DNA of 64,000 bases from Octopus sinensis (lineage: Eukaryota): assembly GCF_006345805.1 (NCBI RefSeq), contig NC_043002.1, forward strand, positions 744,001-808,000, written 5' to 3'. This document shows, one piece after another, positions 1 to 13,200 of the stretch (the stretch's first letter is position 1; each line of letters starts with the position of its first letter). Under the pieces are notes generated by a model. The model did not search any database, had not been told where the DNA came from, and saw nothing but the letters and a program-made list of their open reading frames with translations. The translations under genes were made by a program, and so were the position numbers.

Positions 1-3000
1 AGGATCATAACAAAAGACAATGCTTTGTATAGTAACAATAATTTTTATACATAAGTAAACTACAATGAGCCACTGTTTTCGTAAAAGTAGTCAACAATTC
101 ACTTTGCTGCACATTGTTCAATGGTTAAGAGTATAAATTGGTAAACAATGAACATTTTCCACTCAACGGTAGACAGAAGCAGGTAGTTTTATTTGGCTTC
201 ATAACTTTTAAAACAAACTTTTTCTTCCAGTAAATATCAGCTAATAGGATTCCATAAGTAATGGAAGCATTGGAATGTCATAACTAACATTTCTTTCCAA
301 AAAGTTTTCACTTATATAATATCTGTTTAAAGAAAACCATCAAGAAGATAGGAACCAAAAGTTTGAGAAAATCTTCATGAAGCAGGATAATGAAAATAAA
401 AGGTAATTAAAAAAAAAAAACAAAAAAACACCCTAATTGCCAAACTTAGTTGATCCAGTATAAAGAAGCAAACAAGATCCAAACACAGGCAGTTGTTGTA
501 GTTGTTGTTGTTGTTTGGTGAAAGCCTATGAAAAGTACAACAAGCTGTACCAGTTTACAATCACAAGTGAATGGGAAAATCTAATTCACATTTTAATTGT
601 TTATTTATCCTTTTTATTTTGTTTATTTTTTACAAGAATATACATCATTACAGGCCAGCTAATTCACTTTGTAAACATTCATTATTGAGGATTCTGGAAG
701 TGTCTAAATATTTACAAATTAGCTAAAAACAATATTGTTGAGAAATCCTCAAGTGTATACAGTGCAGAGAGCTGCATTGTATAGACATTAAAGTTAGTCT
801 TGCAAAGAACTTGTGAAACAAACAGTACAATTTGACATGGAAAAAAAAAAAAAAAAGACACTTCAAACAGTCAACACTATAAAAAATGGAGTAAAATTTT
901 AGAAGAGACAAAATTCTATGTCCTGCCTACAGTAGATTAAAAAAGGAAAAATAAATAAAATAGAAAGACAAAAAAATTCAGAGAAACAAAGATACAAAAA
1001 GATAATCTGGAAAAATACATAAATTGATAAAAGCATATGGATATCAGAACTATACAAACATCATCATCATCATCATCAACATAGAAAATGTTAAACTCTT
1101 ATAATGAAAAGAAAAGACAAATAACTAGAACACTAATTCTAAGTGTATATTACTTTGTTTGGGTTGATAGAAATATGTTTGATGTCCTAGCAAAACTATT
1201 TCTTACAAAGGTTAGAGTCTACAATATAGATGGTTATTAGCTAAAATAAAGTTTGAAATTTCTGTGAAAAATTTCCTTTTATCACCTCCAAAAAAGCAGA
1301 GAAATTGACTAAAATCGGAAAGAACCAGTCGGCACCAATCTGCTCTACCTCGGCATCTATCTTACTACAGTTTGCCAATGAAAGCATTCAATATAACGTG
1401 CCAGTTTATTTCAATCACAAAAACCCAACTGGAAAAGCTATTTTGAAATCTAATCCTTTAATGTATCATTAAAAAACTTTTGTATTTATAAATTAAATGC
1501 TAACAATATTACTTAAATTTTTTCCCATTGCATTTTATGAAAAACTGCATAAAATATGTCAAGAAAAAAACTGAAACACTATCTTTTTTACAGAGAAAAT
1601 AAACAGGGTAATTATACATTTTTTATCGGAAAGTTACATTTTCATATTAATGCATAATTCAAAATAAACTCCATTTAGCTGTTACAAAAAAAAAAAATAA
1701 ATAAATAAATAAAAAAACAAAACAAAACCATGCAAAATATTTAGGAATAAAGTTTGATCTCATATTAGAAGAGTGACTTTATTCAAAATATTCTTACCTC
1801 TTGAAATTTCACTTTTAAAATATGAGTTAAACTGAAAGTGATTTTCTCTGACCATCAACCATTAGATGATGTGTTTTTTTTTAAATCATGTGTATGAGTG
1901 ATGAATGATGTTAAGATGCTCTGGCTGATTTATAAAGACATTATTACATTTTCTTAATTAGTTATTTAATAATAATAATATCATCATCATCAGAATTGTT
2001 ATTATTATTATTATGCAAGACTGAAAGTGGTTTTTAAAAAAGTTAGAAAGATGTACATAACATTTCTTGTCAGGAATTATAACATCAATATGGTGACTAG
2101 AATCTATAAACCAAGAAAAAGTGAACTGAAGTATTTGTGGGTGGTCTTCGATTAAAAAGCATCCGTCAAATCTGCTGAATAACTAAATTTACAATTATTA
2201 TTAAATATCAAATAAATCTAAAAGGATTTGTTTGTTTCATTTTATCTTTAAGCCACAGGAAAAGTCTAATGATTTAAAAACCTGGAATGATCAAAGAGGT
2301 TGAATTTCTAAGAAGATATCTGATTGAAAAGAAAGTTCTCCTAAACTCTTATTATAATAAAGGTTGTTTAAATTATGAAATTTTAATCATCATAAATTGA
2401 CAGTTTTCAGGAAATATTTTTTTCTAATTAATTTATGTTATGCAAGAGAGAAAACCAAATAAAACGAAAATAGTATTTTGATGAAGTAACATTTTGAAAT
2501 AAAAATAAATTAACAACTACAGCATTAATTATGATTGATAAAACTAAGCAAGTTAAAGCAGTGATTAACTATTTGCAATAATAATAATAATAATAATTCA
2601 TATAACACATTTCATTTGGTGAGACAAGAGACAAGGAGGGTATGGGAGAACAACTCACAAAATAGCAAAAGCTCTTGCAGCAAGTATTTTAGTCTTTCGT
2701 CGTCAGTTTTAAAATGAAAAGTTCATCACCTTAAAATGGGAAAGAAAAACATGCAGAGAGAATGGAAATGATATTTATTTATGACATTAAACAAATGACA
2801 ATTTCGAAATAGTTTGTCAGTTAAAAACAATAATTAACTGTGTGCTTCTGAAAACATTAGTTATTTCATGGCAGATTTACAACTAGATAACAGAGACTGA
2901 AGAAGCAACAAAAGGGATTTAATAAACTTTGTAACCTATTTATTGCATCTCCACTATCCCTCATACAAAAACAAATAAAATAAAATAATTATGGGAAAAA

Positions 3001-3924
3001 AAAAGCTGTAGTATAAAGTACACTAAAGGGCTATGTTTGTAACAGTGCAATAATAATTGGCAGGAAGTTTTTTTTTTTTGTTTCTTTTTTGTTTTGTTTT
3101 TTTTTTGCAAATAATAAAATGTGAAGAAATATATTAGAAACACAAGACAGTGAGGAAAAATAAATGTGACCAAAAAATAATTCTGTTAAGATATTTAATG
3201 TCAATAAGGTGATAATCATTAGGAACAGAAGCTGGGAGAAGAGTGTGGGGCACAGAAAAACATATATTAATGAAGCTGATGCCGAAAACTGACATTAAAA
3301 GTTTCCTTTCAGATACAAACATCTACTTGGAAAATGTTACTGATTTTGCCCCTCTAATATTTATTAAGAAAATAAATTATTTTTATTCAATTTGTGTAGA
3401 AGGAAGAAAGAATATCATAATATTACGGCAATCAAGGGATGCATTACATTTATGAATTAATTATATAACTAGAAATACAATATTAAAAATATTTTTAAAT
3501 ATATAGATATCAATATGGAATATTAAAAATATTTTTTTGCATTATTTCCATTATTTTAGCCAAAAAAAAAATTTATTGAATGATAAAAGCTGAATGCATT
3601 ATATATTACGTCACATTATTTAAATATTCATAATTTGTCCATTGGTGTTGGAAAGTAAATTACTCCATCACTAAGTACTTTGATAAATAAGACGAAAAGA
3701 AAAGATATGGGCTTAGAGATCCATTGACATAATTATGTTAAAAAAAAATAAAAAGGAACTAACTTTTTAGAGAGTAAATTAATATTGAAATAAATTTTTC
3801 AGAAAAAAATGTTAATCAAAATAAAATTAACTGAAATGATTCAGTAAAGAAGTGTGTCTGAAAACAATGGAAATTACAGTACTTTAATAAAAAAAAAAAA
3901 TAATAATAATAATGGTTTCTAATT

Positions 3925-4440
3925 TAGGAAGAAGGCCAGTAATTTTGAGGGAATGGGGATAAGTCAATACTGTTGACCCCAGCACTTAGCTGGTCCTTTA
4001 TTTTATCAACCCTGGAAGGACGAAAGGCAAAGTCAGCCATGGCAAGATTCAAACCCAGAATGAAAAGAGCCACAATTAAACTCGAGCAAACATTTTAACC
4101 CCCTGGTGGTGGTGGTGGTGGTGCTCTAACAACAATTCTGCTAATTCACTGCCTTCTTAATAATGGTTTCTAATTTAGATTAAGGCCAGCAATTCTGAGG
4201 AGAAAAGGGTCAGTTGGTATCTTTGACTTCTTTATCAACCCTGGAAAGATGAAAGGCAAAGTTGACATTGGCAGGATTTGAAACCAAAATGTAAAGTGCT
4301 CAAACTAAATACCACAAAGTATTTTGTTTGATGCTCTTCCAATTCTATCAATCTATAATAAGTGTGTCTGATTGAGGTGCAAGGCCAACAACTTTAGGGA
4401 AAGAGGATTAGTCGATTAAATCAATCCTAGTACTTGACTG
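3925..4440 (-). mobile_element. Cluster of tRNA-derived SINEs, family A (two near-full copies plus a fragment)
   Basis: Reverse complement shows an A-box-like ggcagtgaattagcagaattgttag, a B-box-like gggtttgaatc and the central gactttgcctttcgtccttccagggttgataaa motif. Copies at about 3925-4160, 4170-4345 and 4365-4440. Confidence 0.75.
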
Positions 4441-5403
4441 ATGGTGGTAGTAGTAGTAGTAGTAAAAGTTGAAGTTAGAAATTAATTTTAAAATGCTTAC
4501 AAATCTTATTTTAAAAGAAGAATAAAATGAAAGAAAATACCCAGGAAATAGCATTTATTCCTAATTTAATAGCTAAGCAGTGATGACAACTGATGATGAT
4601 GGTGATGATGAATAGATAGACAGATAGATAGACAGATTAAATAGAAACATTTTCCAGTAGTGTCTCACAGCCTAACGGTGACTGCCAGAAAGCCCCAAAC
4701 CTCCATTTCGAATAGAAGTTGTATTAAATGACAATTTTGGTGGGGCTTTGCTTTTCTCAAGAGAAAATATGTCGACAAATACTAACATCAGTTCCAATGC
4801 AGCTCATGACAAAACACTGAGGTACTGTGAGTAATGAAAGAAGGTCACAAACGGTGAGAAAGAAAGTTGCCAAATAAATTATTGAATTCAATTTTTCTTT
4901 ACACTATGATAAATACATAAATAGGGGTGGGATTATTTTTTGTATTTTTTTTATACTTCTTTTTTTTTTCTTTTTCTTTTTTCATTTTTTTTTTTCCATT
5001 TTTGTTTTTTGCAAATTAGTTTATTACAGTATCCATATACCCAGTAAATTTGGATAAAAGGAGCAGAGGTTAGCAAGAAGAGACAGAGGGGAAGGGGTCA
5101 ATATGTGCTACACTTGGTTTTAGTCATCTTATGCTCCCTGTGAAATACAGTAAGAATGAACTGAGCTACTGATGAAATAGCTTGTTTTCTTCAACCTTTC
5201 ATGATATGATAATACATTTAAACACAAACCACAATAACAGAGTCCCCTTAGTGTATTCCAGTCGCTTCAAACATAGCAGATATTAGCAAAATAGGTTGTA
5301 TTTAATTGATTTGCTTTGAAGGGCCCAAACCACCTGGAATATATATACATATATGCACAATCATAAATGTGTATGTATTACATGTTTGTATGCATTTAAA
5401 TAC

Positions 5404-5515
5404 TCACACACATATACACACACAGTTCACATACACACAGTTCTCACACACACACATACACACAGTTCTCACACACACACACACACACATACACACACGT
5501 GTATGTGTGTATACA
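5404..5515. repeat. (CA)n-type microsatellite with internal 20-nt duplication
   Basis: cacacagttc(t)cacac repeated, followed by a tg-rich tail. Confidence 0.9.
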
Positions 5516-6004
5516 TAGAAAGTGTCTATGTGCAGTATGTAAAGATATGAAAAAATGTGAAGATATTTACAATGATGAAGAATGATGTGGTGAAGCATTT
5601 CTTAATTGTTAAGTTTGTCTTTTTATTCTTTTCTGATTAAACACTTTCCCCCATTTTGTTTCCTTTAAATATATTCATTGGGTTACTTATATATTTCCTC
5701 TGCTCAGTTTGGGTTTGTAGTTTTTACTTTTATCAATTAAAGATCTCAAATATTGATAGTAAGACTAGAAGTTAAGGATAATCGTCTTCTTTGTTCTTTA
5801 GAACTAAAGAAAAGTTATGTGTGAATATCAATAAATTTATCATGGCTGTCTCCTGTAGTCTTACACATTAACTAAGATTGAGAAAGAAATAGTGGGGAGA
5901 TGAAAAGTTACAACAGATAAAACTGCATGATATAGGCACCTGGAGGTGGATGATGGTGTTGACCAATCGGACACAGCACTGAAATACAAATATCACATTC
6001 ACTG

Positions 6005-7266
6005 CTATGTATTTTCCCCAGATGAGTTCAATTGTGTTATAGAGCCAGGTTTTGCTCCTTGATTCTTTTCAGTCCGTGTTCTTTGGGCTCCCCCATGGGA
6101 AGTCCCCATGGAATGTGGTAATGAAGTAAATGTCAAATCTTGTTTATATTCCCCTGAATCTAAGTGTGAATTTAACTGAAATTTAGCAGAGCTGCCAGGC
6201 GGAGGTCCAGAATCCATGTTCTGAACAAATGGTATTCTTCCTGATGAAGGCAAGCCATTGTAATAGTGAATAGGGATTCCAGCAGTCACTCCACCAGCGG
6301 ACCAGATTCCAGGCCGAATAGAGCCACTTTGCATTGACAATAATGTTGGAAGAATGGCAGTTTGAGAAGATGGCATCTGAATACTAGTGGTAGTCAACTG
6401 AGTTGAGGTTTGGGTGTTGATGTTTACATGAGCTGACAAACCAGTTTGAGCTGATGTGACTGCTGCAGCATGGGCAGAAATGGTTCGTGTTGCTTCTTGG
6501 CAATTAGCTTGTTGTGATGTTGCAGCTGCTAGTGAAGATTCAGATGAAGACAAAGGCTTTGGCTCAACAGAAACCTGCTGAGGTGCCATGCCTCCAAGTG
6601 AAGTGTTTCCTTCTATGGCTGTTTCTTTAGAAGTGGTAGTCAAAACAGTTCGATTGTTTGAAGCAGACCTGTATATTGAAGAGGAAAGGTGTGAAACATT
6701 TGTTGAAAGTTGTTGAGAAGATGTTAAGGCCAAATCTGAAGCTATAGATTGAGTGGATGCTAGTGGTACATGCTTACTATTAATAAAGAGGTTGTTACAA
6801 TTTGACAATGGTTGATCTGAAAGTGATGATGGCACTGAGGCCATGTTGAAATTAATCCAACCATATGGCAAAACTGAAGTTCCTCCATTTGATGTAGCAG
6901 TTGTAATGGAACCAACTGGCTGGTTGATCACTTGACCAGACATAGGCAGAGAATTAGCTGTTAAATCAGAACTATCAAGAACATTCAAATTATCTTTCAT
7001 AAGCTCTGAAGCTAGACCATTCCCAGTAGTCAAAGTAGTGGCAGTGACAGGAACTGTATTAGGCTGGACAGAATTCAAAAGTGAATCTGCAATATGTTTG
7101 GTCCATTCTTCATCATTAACATCCATCAACTGGGAAGATTGATCACCAACTCTGGACAATTTATCAAGCTTTTCTTTAGCATCCCGAATATCTTTATAAG
7201 CTGCTGCTAATGCACGTTCAAGATCTTCAGATTCTTCCTTTGTAGGATCATATTCTCCATTTCGGC
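6005..7266 (-). CDS. INO80D: INO80D terminal coding exon 11
   Basis: Acceptor ctttacgacag|. Begins [22 protein letters not shown] and continues through ORF 6005..7159 to TAG. Confidence 0.92.
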
Positions 7267-10200
7267 CTGTCGTAAAGAAAGCAGAAAAAGAGAAAAAAAT
7301 TCAAGTTTTTTGTCTTTTCATGATTTACTTTGAAGGAAATATAAAACTTTTATTGAATATTAGCTTTACTGAATATTATTGAATATTAGCTTTAAAAATC
7401 ACGATGACAGAACAATGGAATTATTGCTGATATTTACCTGAAAATATGTCAAATGTATCATTGTTGAAAACCTCTTGTAAATCTTGTTCTAGGAGCTTGG
7501 ATGCTTGATCAAGTGGCAACTCAAAGGATTTATCTATGGAGTCTACAAAAAGAAGGAATAACATTTATTCATTAAAAATTTCCAAAGCAACTTTACTTTA
7601 AACATAAGCTTCAAATAAATATATTCAACCCATTTGTAAAAATAAGATTAAGATTGGTTTTTCAAGAATAATTGCAAAAGTGTTAAAAGCATGTGTATAT
7701 ATTTATATAGATTACAGTGGTTATACTAGTGACTGTATGATGCAGCAACAATGTTAAATGTAAAGGAGATAAGGAGTGGAATGGGTCAATATAGAAAATG
7801 AAGTTAATTAGAGAAATAATTATAACAAAATTAATACAAATAAAGTCAAGTTGGAAAGAATAAACACACTCATACCAAAAGGAATTAGACTATAATGGAG
7901 AACTCACAGAAAAAATATTTTCTCTATTTAAACTACAAAATAAAGGAGTTCAAAAAACTAAATATTATAAAAACATGAAATTTCTTTGTACAAATATAGA
8001 TGATACAACCCCCCACCCCACCCCAAAAGCTCGGAAATAAAATTTAACTAAACTGAAATATAGAGAAGAATCAATTACCTGGAGAAAATCCACCACCATC
8101 TAGAACAGATCCAAGGTCCTGGAAATTTTTACTTAATTTAGCAAAGTCAATATGATTAAGCTCTGCACTGGAACCAACAGCTGAACTAGTTGTGACGGGA
8201 GGAAGATCCATGGGGAGGTGTAGAGAAATAGATGTCCCTGAAAAATATTTAATTAATTATATACAGTGGCTATTATATCATCAAAATATCTTATTAACTC
8301 AAACAATAAAACATACTTTTTGAATGCCATTCTCATTAAAACAAAAATGCCCTTCCAGATGTCAACCCTCATACGTTTCCAGATAAGGAAATGGGTGAGA
8401 CATGTCTCAGAAGATTAGAAACAAAGAACATTGCTTATGTGACGCTGACACAACTACCATGTAATGTCAAAGCAAGGAGAGGGTGACACATACACACACA
8501 GATGCGTGTGTGTATGCATGTGTATACACAACATACAGATCATCATTGTTATGTCCATATCCTTTGTTTCATTTAACATTTGTATTGCTATGCAAGCAAG
8601 ACTTTGGTAGATTTTGATGGTTGGATGCTTTTCTTGTGAATCCTTAACCGTTTTCCAAGTAATGCTGGTGGTGGGAGAACAAAGTAGATAGACAGAAACA
8701 ATAGATTTGCAAGAGGAAATAGGGTTCCATAGAACACTTTAAAGAATGTAGAGAGACATACTTTCATACATTACATCGTAAACACAGACTTTCCGCACAT
8801 GGATTATACCCATGCAACATAGATATCCATGAATGTATGAGAGAGAGGGAGAGATAACTAGAGAATAACACAGAGTACAAAGAAAATGTTGGTTAAATAA
8901 CATTAAAAATCCCTTCTACTGAAATTTTAGGGGAGCAAAATATGTCAATTACATTAATCTCAGTATTCAACTGGTACTTATGAAAAGTAAAATTGACCTC
9001 AGTAAAATTTGAACCCAGAACCAAGTTAGAAGAAATGAACCAAAGCATTTTGTCTGGCATGGTAACAATTCTGTCAGCTCACTACCTTTAAAGTAACATT
9101 ATAGAAAGCATACAAGTGATCTGCATCGTACTTTCTATTTATGGTTGTTTGCCTTGTACTCTGTGAGGAAAAGTAAAAAAAATACATGTTGGAAATTATA
9201 AGAGATAATGAAAAGTAATAATTTAAGACTATTTATTTCTTACGTTTTGGGGGAGGTAAGTTTGGTAATAAATTACCAGTCTTTTCTGGTGCACTTAGAA
9301 GAGAATCCTGAAGTATACTAGATGTGTCAAGTACAGCGGTAGTAATTGGTGGAATTGAAGACTGGCTTGTAGTGACCACAGTTTTAGCTGCAGCAGTAGC
9401 ATTATTGGCAGTTGCACTAGATGCAGAGGCAACAATATTTGGTGACTCATCCACTGAAACTGAACAAAACATTAATCCTAAAATGCAATTTCCATTTAAT
9501 ACAAAAATAACTCATGCATAACTTTATTCTTAAAAAATTTCAACTTGTAAACATTCTAATCGACTATCAAAAAGCTTGTCTTCCCCTCTCTAATACATGC
9601 TGCAGTTGGCAGAGATAATTTTCTTAGCTAATTTGCTTTAAGTCCAATGACCCCATATATTAAAATATTGTGGCCATCAAACAATATTTTTTACAGAAGT
9701 ATAAAAATCTTTCTCGTGTTGGAAAGTATATTCTGAAACCAAGTATTTTTTTTATTAATGTTAAATTTAACAATCAGAATGATCTTTATAGACATAACAC
9801 ATTCTACATTCCTTGACTTCAACAGGTTTTTGAAAGAGGTTCAACTACCTACAGCAAAAAGCAGATCTTAATTCTAGAAGACAACCTCTACGTTATTGGT
9901 GAAAATGAAACACCATAATCCTTGTGCATTTAAAAAAAAAATACTGCTTAGAAAAAGGCATAATACAGTTCCTTGTTCTTTGCTAATTATGAAGAGGTTC
10001 TCTAAGCAATATTTCTGTAGAAAAAGGTTTCATCTGAAATTGGTGCTTTGAATCCAAAGGACAATGCATTTTGTTATTCAACTCTAAAGCCATGCATAGC
10101 AATTGACAAAATTCACAGATAAAGATTTAGGCAAAAGTTTTAAGTAGTAAACTGAACAGTTCTCTCTTTTAAGAAACTCTATGACTAAAAGATAGCAAGT

Positions 10201-13200
10201 CCTCACCTGGTTCAGTGTTCTCCAGCCTCTCAGCACGACGAACAGATTCTTGTGGACGGACATTGCAACGTTGATTTTTCTTCTTCTTCTTTTTACTCTT
10301 TGTCTTTGTGAGAGCAGCTGGTTTAGGTTTCTTCCTTGGTCTTTTGTGTTTAGATTCATTGCTTTGAACTTTTTGATAATTGTCCTAAATGATAATTAAA
10401 AATCATTATTATTGAGTAATTTTAAAGTATTATATCAAATTGGTAACAATTGACTAAATCAATGTGAACAAATATCAGACAACTGTAATGAGTTTAAAAT
10501 GATATCAAAAAAGCAATCGACATGACAGGGGCTATAGAACATAACCCTAAAAGAATTTTAAATCATGTGCAATCTGTTCATAATCTAGTCTTACTGGCTT
10601 TATTGCTAACGGCTCATATGTCTATTTGCTCTTTTATTCAATTGCTATCACCGGCACAGGCTCCCCTGGCACCTGTGCTGGTGGCACGTAAAAAGCACCC
10701 ACTACACTCATGGAGTGGTTGGCGTTAGGAAGGGCATCCAGCTGTAGAAACATTGCCAGATCAGACTAGAGCCTGGTGCTGCCTCCTGGCTTCCCAGACC
10801 CCGGTCGAACCGTCCAACCCGTGCTAGCACGGAAAACGGACGTTAAACGATGATGATGATTAGCAGATGAGGCTGATGACGACAGATGATGAAAACAAGT
10901 GTCACAGAGTAGCCATAAGAAAGTGACAGAGAAAGATATCTCGGTGGACAAATGACTATAAAATTAGGTGTTGGTGAGGAGGGATGATGAGTGTTACACC
11001 AGATTTTCCATTGTTGATTGTTGTGGATGTTTGCCTAGAAATGGGATCTTATTGATTTGTTTGTTAATATTTTTATTAGCTTGTGATTGTGTGATGTGAT
11101 CTTTAGAAGAGATGGGCAAATACAGAAAGATGAGAGAAGAAAACAATATGAGGTGAGATAAGGAGGTCAATGGATTTATCCATATTCTGGGGATTAGCAG
11201 AATTACGTAGTGACTAACACTAGAGTGGGTAACAATTAAGAATAAATGAAAATGTTTCTCTTCACACACTGCCAGAAATTCTTGCAGAGCAACAACGACA
11301 ACTGAGGTAAGGCTTTATCCTGTTATTATTTACCAATTCAATCACACAAAGTTATGATAAATTTATTTAAAATGTTTAATACAAACAACTGAGAAAACGT
11401 AGCAAAGATATGCTCCTGTTTTGATGAGAAAGCAATAGGTTTTTACTATAATACCTCAAAGATTGATGAAACATCAAGAAAATGAATTAGGAGAACAACT
11501 GAAACCATCTTCCCTTTCATGAGTGAAATAGTCAAATCCCACAAAGCTTAAGTATTTAGTGGGGATTATAAGGTTACTGAATATGAATACACTAATTCTA
11601 ATAAGCCTTGGCAATGTGTCACAGAGATGTTAAAAACTGTTTTATCAATAGCATTTAACAAAAATGTTCAAGAATTTTTAGTTTGAGGTCTAGGGACCAA
11701 AAGAGAAAATTTCGAAATCCATTTTATTTAATAGAAGCAGAATTGAATGAAAATAGCTATCTCCATATCATACTTAATGTAAATATATTGATGTATTAAC
11801 ACTAAGTATGATGCACAAATGAGTTTTATAATATTTAATAAAGTTTCTATTGTAAATACTGGATCTTTATTCAGCTAAGTGGCTATCCACAATACCAGTA
11901 AAAGGTTATTCCTTGTTTTCCTATATACAGAGTGGACCAAAATGATCTGACACATTTGGAGGCTTAATAAAAGTACAAAATAAGAAATAATGAAAATTTA
12001 ATTGACTTAATTTTTAAAACTTAATGAAATAAAATGGCATTATATGTAGATTCAGAAAAATAAAATTTTTCTTTTCATTATTTCTTATTTTGTGCTTTTA
12101 TTAAACCTCCATACACTGGAGGTAGCAAATCTTGTTTAAACATGTGGCTGGCCATGTTTATATGCCACTGACAAGGGCCAAATGCATCTAGTGCTCTCAC
12201 TAGTCACTGCTGGAACGATTTTCATCTTGCTCTGAGATATATATCATGTTTTTAAGCACAGCACATCCATAAATTATGTAATCTCTGGACAAATGCTGCG
12301 GCAATGTTGCCTTTCAACAATCATCGTCATGTGTAATAAATAATTAATTAAGAAACCATCAAATACTCACAGCTTTTGCAGCATGCTCTTGACAAAGAGG
12401 TAAATCATGTTTGATGTCAAAAACTGGAACACAGCATTGTGTATTGTCTGCAAATTTTGCTGTACAATAATCAAACAATTGCTGATCGACATTATACATG
12501 ATATCTGGAGTACAATAAGGAACACAAAAGGGTTTAATATTCAGAAAGAACTTCACACATCAACGTATGTAGTTTTATAGTCATTATTAGCTGCTTCAAA
12601 ACTGGCACAGTTTGACATCACAATTTATTTAACCCATCAGATACCAACTTGCCCAAAACTTCCACTGATTCTAGAGTACAAATTTCATCATTTAAAGCAA
12701 TTTAAATTAAAACCTGTTGAAATTTCATTTTAATCTAGGTTCACTCACATTGTACTTTGTGGTTATGTCCCCCAACAAAACTCCATCATCTCTCTCTCTC
12801 TCTCATTCTACCTTTCTCTCTAATTCTAGCTCTTTTCTCTTCTTTCTTTTCTTACTAGGTTAACCAAGTATCTTCTGTATAGTTAGACACCTCTCTCTAT
12901 CCCTCTGTCATACTTTAACCTCACAACTGGCACAAAGTAAACTACCTCAATACTACTCACCCTCACAACTGAAGGGCCTTTGCCTTGGAAGTTACTTGGT
13001 GACTCCTACCAGAGCTGGTGCCAATTAAAAAGCACCCAGTACATTCTATGGAGTAGTTGGCATTAGGAAGGGCATCCAGCCACAGAAACTATGCCACAAC
13101 AGACAATGGAGCTTGGTCTAGCTGTCCATCTTGCCAACTCCTGTTGAACTATCCAGCCCATGCCAGCATGGAAAATGGATGTTAAATGATAATGATATTC

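Larger units (their letters stand above)
1..6004 (-). other. Probable INO80D 3' UTR and downstream region (3' end not determined)
   Basis: Very AT-rich, with U-tracts on the minus strand and few transposon remnants apart from SINEs at 3.9-4.4 kb. Multiple AATAAA candidates, none assignable. Confidence 0.45.

Noticed and set aside
10084-10359. 91-aa minus ORF
   Set aside because: Wrong frame over exon 7; the correct frame gives the conserved [11 protein letters not shown].
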